Below are positions 1 to 11,850 of a stretch of DNA of 64,000 nucleotides, piece by piece. The translations under genes and the position numbers were made by a program. The notes under the pieces are model-generated. The model saw only the letters and a program-made list of their open reading frames with translations. It did not search any database and had not been told where the DNA came from. Each line of letters starts with the position of its first letter. Within the stretch, counting starts at the first letter, position 1. The DNA comes from Camelus dromedarius. Its lineage: Eukaryota. Location of the stretch: the NCBI RefSeq assembly GCF_036321535.1, contig NC_087437.1:115074001-115138000 (forward strand), in the 5' to 3' direction.

Positions 1-1664
1 GTGAGCATCCTACCCTGGTTCCGGGCCTCCGGGAAGTGCTCTGAGGGTTTCCCATTAGGTAGGACACTAGCTTTAGCTCAGTGAATCTTACTCGCTCTTT
101 CCCAACATTGGGTCTCATTGTCTGCTCTCACAGATTCTCCAAGGGGCTCTGGGAAATACTATTTCTTCCCTTACCCCTTTGAGCCCAAGGGTAGCAAAGG
201 ATTCCCTCTGTGGCCGATCTCTGGAGACACCCCCAACCCAGGTAGGCTCAGTCACCTTGCCCTTGCCTCCATAAGCTTTCCCTTCATCTCAGCTGGATTC
301 TGTCTGTGGCCCTGATGACTGCAGGGACTGACCATGTCCCTAGAGCAGTGGGAAGTACACTATTCTCAACCCTATTTCAACAGGACACTTGTGTGTGGAG
401 AGGAGATGAGCACAGAGGGAAAGTCAGCTTTTCCTGGAGCTTCCTGAAACATTTCTCTCCTGGTACCTTTGTCTTCATCCTGACCCTTTAAAAAGAAAGC
501 GCTTCCCATTTGTTAATTTTTGAGAGTTTTTACTGCTCTTTTATTTTGCTAGACATTGTATAATCAATCTTCTGTATATGTTTGTATATGCTTTTCTATT
601 TAAACTTTTTTTTTTTAAATCTAAAAAACATAGTACCATACTGCCAAAGGTGTCAGGAAACATGCTCAAATAAGGATCGGCTCCAAAGACGGCTCTGCCA
701 ACAAAATGCCAGTAAAATCTGAAACCCGGGTTCAGACACACTGGGAGCGTTCCAAAATGTAAAACTTAAAGAACTTCTTTATTCCAGTAAATCAGCTTCC
801 CTGCGAATACCATCAAAATCCTATGCTTTAATGAGGGAGGGAATATCAGAGGAAGGGGTGGAGAAGGAAAGGATTTGGACGAGTATGAAATTTAATTTAA
901 AAACTATTATGAGAAGTTTAATTTCCCCCTCCCCCAACTAAATACATAAATCTTTCCAATGCATTTTCTTTGTTTCATTTTCCATTTAAAAAAAAATTTT
1001 AAAGGCATCCTGAACCAATGAGAGAAACAATTAGAGAGTAAGTCCAATGGGGTGGAGAATTTAATAATAAATATATATTTACTGGATTCCTATTAAGTAA
1101 AATGCCATGTTAAATATATGGGAGAATGCAAAGAAATCTTAAAGTTGCTTTCTCACTCAATCAAACCAGGGAACAAAGACCTCGACAGCAAGAAGAGGCA
1201 ATACAAGGCCACCTACGTCGTAGGGACAATAAGAGGTGTGTCAGGGTTCAGGGGGAGACAGCTCACTTCATGAAGGGTGGGGGGGGGGGAGGGAGGGGTC
1301 AAAGCACATCAAATCCTGAATTGCATTTAAAGCTGTGAACACATGTGGTTAGCCTAGGCCACTGTCACTTCCACTCCACGTCCTGGTGCAACTCAGATTT
1401 GGATGCTTTTCTAAGAGCACCCCCTAGGGCCAGGAAGGATGAGGCATCACTTTTATCTTAACAGGAAATTGACAATGAAGCATCTATATTTTGGGAAGCG
1501 CAGGGCCATTCCATCTACAGCTCAGCCACCACTCGGCAGGCAGTTGCTCTGACCAGACTCAGGGGCTGCAAGTGCACGGATCTTCTGCCACAGTGGCGGG
1601 TCACAGAAAACCCAACGAAGGTGCTTTGCTGGGGGCATCCACTGGGGGTTCACCTACCTATGCC

Positions 1665-1744
1665 AAGCCCCAGTCTCCTTGTAGATGAAACTGGGCTCCA
1701 CCCGAAGCCCCAGTCTCCTTGTAGATGAAACTGGGCTCCACCCG
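1665..1744. repeat. Perfect 40-bp tandem duplication (x2) inside a MIR-like remnant
   Basis: aagccccagtctccttgtagatgaaactgggctccacccg at 1665-1704 and 1705-1744. Confidence 0.95.
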
Positions 1745-2246
1745 TTAACTTTACAGGACCTCATGAGGAAGAAACAGGGCGTCCTGAGCAGAGTGCCTGG
1801 CACACTGCGGGCGCTTAGTTAACTGCCACGGTGGAAGGGATGGATGGACAGAATTTCCTCCAAGAGAAGAGGCAGCACCAGCACTCCAAATCAGGCCATT
1901 TTAACACAGGGCACCCTTCACCCTTACCTGAGGCTCTCTAGCTGAAGGATATTCTGGAAAAAGAGGGATCATCTTGTGTCTCCATTCTACCTCCTACGGC
2001 TGTACAGAAGATTAAGAGAAAAGATCTATGAAAACATCTGATAAAACCATTAGTGCTGCGTAAGACTGGTGGTTGTTATTGCCTCCGGGCTGATAAAGGC
2101 CCAGACCACCTGTGCTGATGACCAGGCCGGAAGCTGCCTCTGCTGTTGGCCCATCCACCGAAGGGCTGTAGGGCTCCTGGTGGAACGTTACGGCCTTGTG
2201 CTTATTTCTCTTGTTATTTCTTGGTTTGGCTGGAGTTTGGTAATAG

Positions 2247-2302
2247 GTTTCCATTCTGCTAGATTCATACAACTGTTTCCATTCTGCTAGATTCATACAA
2301 CT
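2247..2302. repeat. Perfect 28-bp tandem duplication (x2)
   Basis: gtttccattctgctagattcatacaact at 2247-2274 and 2275-2302. Confidence 0.95.
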
Positions 2303-2329
2303 CCCTCTAGTATACATTTGGTGGCCACT

Positions 2330-2880
2330 CCTCGTAACACGGTGGCGTTTCCCAGAGATGACACTTGGTCTTCTTGAAGCTGTACTGTGCACGCGTCCCC
2401 TCTGCACCGACGCTAAATGCCCGGAGGAGTGCTCTGCAGGATGGCCTGGAGGAACACACCCAGCTGGCAGAACTGAGGGCACCTCCCCACCCAGGGTGCT
2501 GGGTGCAAGATGCCGCTCCCCGGGGCATGCGCACGCGCAGAGCAAAAGCGGCGCCGCACAGGGGACGGGAGTCAATTCTCCCGCGGAACAGGGTACTGAC
2601 ACACCTACTGCTCAACGCCGCCCCAGCCAGCGACCCTCAGCAAGCCAAGAACAGTGGACAGAGTTTAACATTCTAATGAAATCGAGATTGCCGGGTGTGC
2701 TTTCACAAAATGAAACTGCCTGGAACTTCTCATACTGTTTTTTTACGATGAAGTATTAAAATGCGAAGAGGAAGATGAAAGTTCCTGCTGCAGAACTACG
2801 TCTGTAATGAGGGCGAGGAGGGCTTATGGGCGGGGTCTGGAAGAGAGGTTTATGCGCTGCATTACAGTCCCGGATCATTA
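2330..2880. promoter_or_regulatory. Small CpG-enriched promoter/enhancer-like segment
   Basis: Locally high GC and CpG; NRF1-like tgcgcacgcgca at 2528-2539; GC box gggcgggg at 2828-2835. Confidence 0.45.
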
Positions 2881-3101
2881 TAGAAAATGAGTGTGCTATT
2901 AAAAGTATCCTGAAGTTATAAAAACTCAAAGGCTTTTTAGTGAGGAGGAATAACTTTTTTGGTAAAGATGAATAACTCATAATACTCTGGAGCATGGGGG
3001 AACTCTGAGTGCAGTCACCCCATTTCCTATAGACTGGGGTGCAGTCAGATGCAAGAGCTCTTTAATTGCTAGTAGTTGGGTTTTGTTTTTGTAGGGCACT
3101 C

Positions 3102-3135
3102 TGTGTGTGTGTGTGTGCGCGCGCGCGTGTGTGTG
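3102..3135. repeat. Compound (TG)n(CG)n(TG)n microsatellite
   Basis: Uninterrupted alternating purine-pyrimidine tract with a (CG)5 core. Confidence 0.95.
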
Positions 3136-3639
3136 ATATGAGGAATATATTATTTGATTAGGAATGTTCTAGTGGGTATGAGAGTCTCTCCAGTGAGCAA
3201 ATGAGTACATTGATTATCCTATTAGAAAAAGGAAACAAAAGACCCCATCTCCTACAGTCACACAAGCCTCCTGACACTTCTTAAACAGTACACACCATCT
3301 CATCCATTAATTGTCACGAAGAGAATGAAATCAACTGCAGTCTGATGTGGTGAAAAGTTTTCTAATGCAGTTCTACTTTCAAATGCATTCAGTTATTAAA
3401 GTCTCCTAAAAATTACTTGGGGCTTGAACTGCTAAAGTAATTTAAATATTATGCCTATAATTTTGTTTGTGCCCATCAATGAAGAAAATCCCAATTTAAT
3501 CATAAATTCCAAAATAGTGGAGGCTAAGTTAATGTTTTCCTTTACCACGGTTAGAAGTATGCAGGATTTTAATTTATGAAAGTAATCATACTTTATAGGT
3601 GGTTCGGAAACAGAAACAAAAGTTTTAATCACTCATCCT

Positions 3640-4040
3640 AACAACTATTATCACTTTCCCATATTTTCTAGTCCTTTCTCAGATGTATGTTTTAAAGGTT
3701 TTAATCTACTAAGTATCTTTTTTTAATTCATCTGGCCATTTCTGCATATTGTTAGTTTTTCTGTTGATGGATAATATTCCAAATGATTGTATACAACATA
3801 TTTAATTATAAATCTTTTGGAGTATGGATCTTCCCATATATCTGATTATTTCTTAAAGGTAGATTATCAGAAGTAGGATTACTGAGTGAAAGGATATGAA
3901 CTTATGATTCCTGATGCCTACTTCCAAACTGCTTTTTAAAAAGTTTTTCCAATTTACATTACCACCAAAATTTAAACAAGGTTGAAAACTATCTGTACCT
4001 GCTTTATTAGATCCTTGCCCATCTTAGATATCATTAAAAA
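3640..4040 (-). mobile_element. Old L1M-type fragment (antisense), interrupted by the younger L1
   Basis: Degenerate antisense L1 motifs (agtaggattactgagtgaaaggatatga, ttccaaactgcttttt, aatttacatt-accacca); appears to resume at ~5890-5950. Confidence 0.55.
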
Positions 4041-4057
4041 TATGGGGTTTTTGTGGG

Positions 4058-5886
4058 GGCAGATGACATGACACTATGTATACAGAAAACCCTAAAGACT
4101 CCACACAAAAATTACTACAGCTGATAAATGAATTCAGCAAGGTAGCAGGTTACAAGATTAACACAGAGAAATCCCATGCTCTTGGATTGGAAGAATTAAC
4201 ATTGTTAAAATGGCCATACTATTCAAAGCAATCTGCAGATTTAATGAGATCCTTATCAAATTACCTAGGATATTTTTCACAGAAATAGAATAAATAATCC
4301 TAAAATTTATATGGAATCACAAAAGACCAAGAATTGCCAAAGCAATACTGAAGAAAAAGAATGAATCTCGAAGAATAACTCTCTCAGACTACAGACAATA
4401 CTACAGAGCTACAGTAATGGAAACAGCATGGTACTGCCATAAAAAGACACATAGATCACTGGAACAGAACAGAGAGTCCAGAAATAAACCCACACACCTA
4501 CAGTCTTCCTTAGTTAATCTTCAACAAAGGAGACAAAAATATACAATGGAGAAAAGACAGTCTTTTTGACAAATGATGTTGGGAAAGCTGGAGAGGGGCA
4601 TATAAATCAATAAGTTAGAACATTCTTTCACACCATACACAAACACAAACTCCAGATGGCTTAAAAACTTAAACATAAGACAGGACACCAGAAATCTCCT
4701 AGGAGAGAAGACAGGCAAAATATACTCCAACATACATTGGAGCAATGTTCCATGTCAGTCTCCAAAGGCAATAGAAATAAAAGGAAAACCAAATAAATGG
4801 GACCTAATTAAACTTATAAGCTTTTGCACAGCAAAGATACCCATAAACAAAACAAAAAGACAACCTACAGACTAGAAGAAAATATTTGCAAATGATGCAA
4901 CTGACAAGGGCTTAACTTCCAGCATATACAAACAGTTCATACAACGCAATAACAAAACAAAAAACCCAATCCAAAAATGGGCAGAAGACCCAGACATTTC
5001 TCCATTGAAGACATACAGATGGCCAACAGGCACATGAAAAGATGCTCAATAGTGCTAATTATCAGAGAAATGAAAATCAAAATGACAATGAGGTTATCAC
5101 CTCACACTGGTCAGAATGGCCATCATTAAAAAGTCCACAAACAATAAATGCTAGAGAGGGTGTAGGGAAAAGAGAACCCTCCTACACTGTTGGTGGGAAT
5201 GTAATTTCTTGCAGCCATTATGGAAAGTTGGAGTATGGGAATTCCTTTAAAAACTGAAAATAGAGTTACTATATGATCCAGCAATCCCACTCCTGGGCAT
5301 ATATCCTGAGAAAACTCCAATTCAAAAAGACACATGCACCCCAATGTTCATAGCAGCACTATTTACAATAGCCAAGACATAGAAGCAACCTAAATGTCCA
5401 TCAACAGATGACTGGATAAAGGAGTTGTGGAATATTCATACAATAGAATACTACTTAGCCATGATAAAGAATAAAAGTAATGCCATTTGCAGCAACATGG
5501 ATGGACCTAAAGATTATCATACTAACTGAAGTAAGTCAGACGAAGACAAATATCTTATATCACTTACATGTGGAATCTAAAAAAAATGACACAAATGAAC
5601 TTATTTACAAAACAGAAAGAGATTCACTGACACAAAAAACTTATGATTACCAAAGGGGATAGGGGGTGGGGAGGGATAAATTGGGAGTCTGGGACTAGTA
5701 GATACCAACTACTATATACAGAATAGATAAATAACAAGGTCCTACTGTATAGCACGGGGAACTATATTCAATAGCTTATAATAACCTATAATGAAAAGGA
5801 AAAAAACTATATATGCATAAGTGAATCACTATGCTGTATACCAGAAACTAACATAACATTGTAAATCAACTATACTTCAATTTTTT
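4058..5886 (+). mobile_element. 5'-truncated cetartiodactyl L1 (decayed ORF2 RT/C-terminus plus 3' UTR)
   Basis: Translates to [58 protein letters not shown]; 3' UTR gtatagcacggggaactatattcaata...tatacttcaa; many stops and frameshifts. Confidence 0.95.
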
Positions 5887-8648
5887 AAAACCATGTTTAT
5901 TTATTTGTTTTTTGGCTAATTTAGAGGGTGAAAATGGTATTCAATGAATTGTGAAGTAGTGACCTATGATGTCATCTTGGCTCCTATATTCAGAGTAAAG
6001 ACAAAAATAATCACAAAGACATATTCTGTTTGGCTGCCTTTCTCAGAGTTATGTTTCTGCTCATCCACAGAGAAAGACCCAGAAGGCAGCGGGAATGCTC
6101 CAAGCTGGTCTGTCAAGACTCAGACAAGCAAGGGGGGCTGTCTGCACTGGAAGGAGGGTCGGGCGCCATGATATAACCCTTCTGGCAAGCCATCAATTCA
6201 ATCAGCCCGCAGAGCACAGGAGTTTCCAGAATCCTGAGATGGCAAATTCTGGTGTTCTCTCCATTGAAAAAATTATGGAGTCGGCAGAATTTTTTTAAGT
6301 CATTCTGTTCACCGCCACTGCCTATCTGTGTTGATTTGGCACTGGTGTGGCTTCTCATTCTCTTTAAAGCAAAGAATTCGGGTATTGGACAATGCATTTT
6401 GTAAATAAAATCAAATGAAGTAATAAATTAAGGTGTGCCTTAGTTTGAGCTTGCTTATATTTACAGTGGTTTAAATATAACTTATCAAAATCTCCTGGAA
6501 CATGAATCATAACGCAAAAGATTGCACACTGGGAAAAAAATAGCAGCGTATGGGCTTGTCCAAAACAAAACCCATTCACACCTCACTGTGCCTTGAGGAT
6601 CCCTTAAAAAGAAAATTTGATTACCAAAAATATCAAACATACAGCAACGGCTATCAGTGGCTATCAGTGCCAACAACGGATTAGCTTTTAATACTGGTCA
6701 ACGGGCATGACCGCCCACCACTCTTGGAGCCCTCCCTCCTCGTCGGGCATCCAGTCTTTCCAGCAGCCAGTGAGTCTGAGCGAGGCAGCTTTTAGCATTT
6801 GCGAGAAGCAGCCCATTCAACTGCCAAATTCCTGCTGGGTCGGCCAAGAGGTATGAACCAAAAATGAAAAAACATTAAGGATTTGTTTTTTAAAAGCAAT
6901 ACATCAAACATAAAAAGAGCTCTTTTGTATGAATTTTCGGTATGGGAGCCAGAGAGGAGAAAATCATTCTCCCTCCGGGGAGGAAGCAGCTTGACCTCAC
7001 CTGCGACTTTTCTCTTACAGTGTGGATTTTTCTCACCCCATTAAATGTAACCTATTCGAGGTGGGTTTGTACCATATGAGAGAAAATACAGAATGATGGA
7101 GAAACCGCCAGCCGGCAGGCTGGGGCTGAGACGGGCACCCAAAGCCCTAGGAGGCGGGTCCTCACGTGCCACGTAAGCAGGGGCCACAGGGCCAAGTGGA
7201 ATGCGGCTGTTTCCAGGGGGCTTGTTTGATAGAAGCGCAAGGATTAAGTTTTTGTGGCTTTAGGAACCTTGTGCGGAGCCCCCCACCCACCCACCCAAAA
7301 AGCAATCTTTGCAAAGGGAAAGGAAAGAGGGAGAGAGACGGGGGTGGGGGGAAGAAAATCCAGGTTAGAATGGGGTACCCTCTCACCACTTAGAAAGGGC
7401 CAGATGGGATAAACGAAGCAAGTTTCCACTGTGATCCCGACCTCCCTTTCCCCCAACCCTAACCCCCCCACACACGGAAAAGCAGTGGAATAGCACCAGT
7501 GTCCCGTAAGGCAGGGACCAGCCACGGAAACGAGTGTGCGCGTCTTAAAACCCAGGCGGCAGACGCACTACCTGTCATCAAGGCACTCAGGACTTTGCTG
7601 CACAGAACAGGAAAAGACAGTCTCAGTACCGGGTCCCTAAATCCCCATCCCATTAACCAGGTGCCAATAGTGAAACCTATAAAAGGACCCCGGTTAAATC
7701 ACCTGGCGGCCACTCCGCAGGCTCCCAGTGCTAATCCCTTGGGGACAGGCAGCCTTTTCTTTTCTTCTGTCACACGGCAGGAGAACAAGCTCACTTCAGC
7801 ATCTGTGTGACCAGGGACCAGCTGCCACCTGCTCACAAACCGCTCATTGTAGTAGGGTTTGAGCAGAAATATCGGGTGGAAGCACAGGAAATCGCTGACA
7901 TTCCACCATTTCAGACCTGCAAAAATGGTACTTTCCTATGGTTGGAACTAAAGAGGAGCAGCAGCATAAGCTGATTTTATTGCATCAGCCCAAGTGAGCA
8001 CCGGCTTGTGATTTTACTGAATCCTCAAGACAGTGCTCCAGGTCCGGGAATATTACATCCCCACCTGCAGACGAGGCAACTGAAGTTACTCGTCCAGGGT
8101 CACACAGCTAGTAAGACGTATGCCTGGTACCCACATCAAATAATGAAATCAACAGCCAATGTCTCATCTCAGAACCACAGAGCTATTAAGATGTGTGGGA
8201 CCTCTTGGAACTGCAGCCAAGGACAGGAAAAGGAAGATGGTGGAAAGGCTCTGGGAAGAGAGGCCTTTTCACAATGGCTTAGATGAAAAATACTGCCCAC
8301 ACCTTAACCGTAATAATTATCCTTTTATTTCCTGTGAAATCACATGCTAAATGACCTTGTGGTGATTGCATGTAAGATTATCCAGAACCCGGGTCTGCTT
8401 ACCAACCCTGGATGTGGAGGGAAATGTGTAGCAATTCCTCTCCATTCCAACATTATTGAACTTGCACTCACTCCCCTATCTTTGTAGAAATGTCCACAGT
8501 AGGACTTGAATCTCTAATGTACTTTTGTCTCTAATTAAATGACCCATTTGCAGGCTCAGCTGATTTCTACAAAGAAGAGAAGCTTTCACTTCATTTGGAC
8601 AAATAAAAAGATAAAATTGTTGAGATCTTTAGTTTAAATTGCCCTTTT

Positions 8649-8779
8649 GACCTAATTAAAAGCTTTTGCACAGCAAAGGAAACCATCAACAAAATGAAAA
8701 CACAACCTACTGAATGGGAGAAAATATTTGCAAATGATGCAACTGACAAGGGCTTAACTTCCAGAATATACAAACAGCT
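8649..8779 (+). mobile_element. Isolated ~130-bp internal L1 ORF2 fragment
   Basis: Closely matches 4801-4935, including the identical run agaaaatatttgcaaatgatgcaactgacaagggcttaacttccag; no 3' UTR or poly(A). Confidence 0.9.
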
Positions 8780-9270
8780 GACTTGCATTTTTAAAGGATT
8801 CACATGACTACTCTTCGGAAAACAGCCTGGAGCAGTGGCCATGGGGGACTAGCCAGGAGGCTCTGCAGTGAGGCAGGTGAGAGGTGATGCTGCATGGGCT
8901 GGGGTGGGAGTCAGAAGCTGGAGATGCATTCTAGATATTCTGAAGGTGGAACCAGCATAGTTTGACGATGGACTGGGTCCCTGAAAGAAATATAGGGGTC
9001 AAGGATGAGAACAAGACTCCTGGCCTGAATAACTAGGGAAAAAAAGGCGGGGGGGGGGGTGCCAGAATCTGAGCAGGTTGAGGATGGAATCAGGTGCCGG
9101 GTTCGGATGTGGTGAGCATGAGATGCCTACCGGACAGCCCAGCGAATCGAAGCAACAGTCGAGTTGAAGAGGAGGACTGGGCAAGGCTATTTGTTTGGGA
9201 ATCATTACCATGGAGATGGTACTTAGAGTCATGGGACCAGGTAAGGTCAGCTGCGGAATGAGTCAGTCTA
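8780..9270 (-). mobile_element. LINE-2 fragment
   Basis: Matches recalled antisense L2 consensus (tattctgaaggtggaaccagc, gtcaaggatga..cctggcctga, tgagatgccta, atggagatggtacttagagtcatg). Confidence 0.8.
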
Positions 9271-10199
9271 GGGAAGGGAAGAAACCTCATTAACTTGACT
9301 TTGCTTCTCTGGCAAAGGCACCAGGTTAAGAATTTAGTAACCCACACTCCTGATTTCTTTTTTGAAAACGCAAAGCATGGTGACCATGGCATGTCATCAC
9401 ACCTGAGCTGCAAACAAGGAAAAAAGGTAGAAATTCATCTCCCTCTATGCTAAGAGACATGGATGGTGCACAATGACAAGCATCCGCGTGCTCGGGAGCA
9501 GAGCAGGGCACGAGGGACATGGGAACACTGGGGTCCCCTACTGAGCAGCTCATGCCTTCAAACACACTTTTAATATATTCAAAATGGGAGTAAATGATGA
9601 CAATATGCATCCTCTAAAATACTGACAACCTTTGACACAAACTACTGAAATCAGCTTCACAGTTTCTATGCCACACACATTGCCAAGCATATAGCAGGTA
9701 CTTTATAAACATTTGATAAATGAATGAGCATGTATACTTCTAACTGAAACTAGAAAATCTGGAACCATGACCCTTTACAGCTCCACAACAATGCAAAATT
9801 ACTATTTTACAAGACACAAATATCTGCAAGTCCCAAGTGGTCCAACCCCTTCCTTTCACAGAAGAGACAAGCTGCCTTAGGTAGTAACAGTGAGCTCTGG
9901 TTCCTTCTGGAAGAAACGAGGGCATGGCTCTTGTCATTCATTTCTCCCTCAGTGCCTGGGATAATGTCCTGTGCAGAGCAAATACCTAATAAATCTAAAT
10001 GAATGTCAAATGAATGAGTGAATAAATATTCATTAAAAATTAACTGGACAGTTAATTTAGGTCACTCACTGGAAAAAAGAAAAACAGTGAAACTAGAAAA
10101 GTATCTTTTTAATTTAAAAGGTTAATTAAGGACAAGGTTTTTAAAAATATTTTGGTGCCTTAAGTAAACCAAGCACAACTAGGGTTCAAAAACAGCTGC

Positions 10200-10555
10200 A
10201 ATTTGAAAACATTCCATTATGTTCCACAAATTAGAAAAAGGGGAAAAGCTGTCTGATTCATTTCATGATTCTAGTGTAATCTCAATTCCAAGTAAGTAAG
10301 CAAGCAAGAAAACAAAGTAACAGGCCCTCTTCACTTAAAAACATAGATGTGAAAATCCTAAATGAAATGCTGGCTAACTGAATTCAATAGTGCTCCTTAT
10401 GTATAATACATTATAATCAAGTAGTGCTCATCCTAGAAATTAAAGGATGGTTTAATGTGAGAAAAACATGTCAATGTAATGCATGACAAGTAGGCAAAAT
10501 GAGGGAAATCATGCAACTGTCTAAATAGATGTAGAGAAGATGTATGATAAATGTC
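10200..10555 (+). mobile_element. Old L1M ORF2 reverse-transcriptase fragment
   Basis: Degenerate NIDVKILNEMLAN.IQ, GWFNVRK, NHATV.IDVEKMYDK, corresponding to L1 RT NIDAKILNKILANRIQ...IDAEKAFDK. Confidence 0.8.
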
Positions 10556-10671
10556 AGTAGATCTAGGTCAGATTTCTAAATGACCTACTGGTCAACTGAT
10601 CAATTTCCTGAATATACCAAGTTTTCTGGTTCCCAAAAGCAAGTTTCTTTTTAATATTTAAAATATTACAG

Positions 10672-10815
10672 AGATACTGTCTTGGGAAAGGTCCCTTGTG
10701 TTTCTCCTTACTTGCTGCAAGTAATAAATCTTTCCTTCTCCCCCTAAAATAAGATAAGATAAAATAAAATAAAATAAAATAAAATAAAATAAAATAAAAT
10801 AAAATAAAATAAAAT
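10672..10815 (+). mobile_element. Short retroposed transcript 3' end with (TAAAA)n tail and TSD
   Basis: taaaatattacag duplicated at 10659-10671 and 10815-10827; internal AATAAA ~17 nt before the A-rich tail. Confidence 0.8.
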
Positions 10816-10820
10816 AAAAT
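10745..10820 (+). repeat. (TAAAA)n / (TAAGA)n microsatellite derived from a poly(A) tail
   Basis: Pentamer run read directly. Confidence 0.95.
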
Positions 10821-11429
10821 ATTACAGCAATTTGATCACAACCTCTCTAATACTGTCCCTACATAATTTATGGCTGTGGCATCCAAAGATAGTATTTTGT
10901 GCTATATCTAAAATCTTCTAATCTGGAATTAAAGCAAACAAATCTTCAGCAACAGAACAGAGTGACAATGTCAGAAAACGGTATTAGTTCCATATCCACA
11001 GCTCTTGTGATAGCGTTTAAGTCCAACATTCTATTAATATTATTAGAATTATTTTCTCCTAGTTTTGCCTTATATTTTAATTCTTATAAATAAGGGGGGA
11101 TGAGGAAGACTAATTAATGATCAGTGTGTTATATAGATCATTTAACTCATTTCTTGTGTAAAAATCTCCACTTTAATATCTTTGAAAAGTGTTAAGGATT
11201 TCCCATTTTAACACATTAAACGAGGTACTTAATGCATCTGCACTCATCACTGGTGTGCATTTGATGAGTTTTCCAAACCTAAATGGAGTCAGAGCCTCTC
11301 CAGCACATGAATGAATGAAAAGGCAAAAGGAAAGCTGCTAACACAGAACACGATGGAACATATCTTGACAGGGCACACAAAATCTGAAGTCTCAGCCTAT
11401 CCTTCTGCCTGCATTCCAAATTGTGAACA

Positions 11430-11850
11430 TTCACATTGTTTACTTAGCAATTATTTATTGAGAAAATACTGTGTCACACTATTTTTAGGGACCAAGAAAT
11501 ACAACGGTAAACAAAACAAGCTTAATCCTGGAAGGAGGAGGCAGATACTAAACAGATATGCAAATAAATACATTATATATTCAGTAAAGGGGGTTAGAGA
11601 AGGAGTAGTGGATGCTGTTTTAAATTAAAAAGGATGGACAGAGAAGGCCTCTCTCATAAGCTGATATGTGAGCAGAGACCTGAAGGAAGTGAGAGCATGA
11701 AAGGCATCTGGGACAGGAATGGTCCAGGCGGGGAAAGAGCAAGTACAAAGGGTCTCAGTTAGGGAGTGTGCTTACCACGTGCACGTGTGTGTGTGCAGAA
11801 GAAGTGGGAGGGGCAGTCACGTGGAGGTTCCAGGCAGGTAAGAACCATGG
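11430..11850 (-). mobile_element. LINE-2 3' part (resumes at ~13050-13130 after the L1 insertion)
   Basis: tatttattgag..tactgtgt, gaaggcctctct, gagcagagacctgaaggaagtgag, gcaagtacaaagg. Confidence 0.8.

Noticed and set aside
2012..2759. Overlapping 100-196 aa ORFs
   Set aside because: GC-rich sequence gives ORFs on both strands with no recognisable domain, and the 196-aa ORF spans a frameshifting 28-bp duplication.
4058..5886. Active L1
   Set aside because: 5'-truncated, internally deleted, with many stops and frameshifts.
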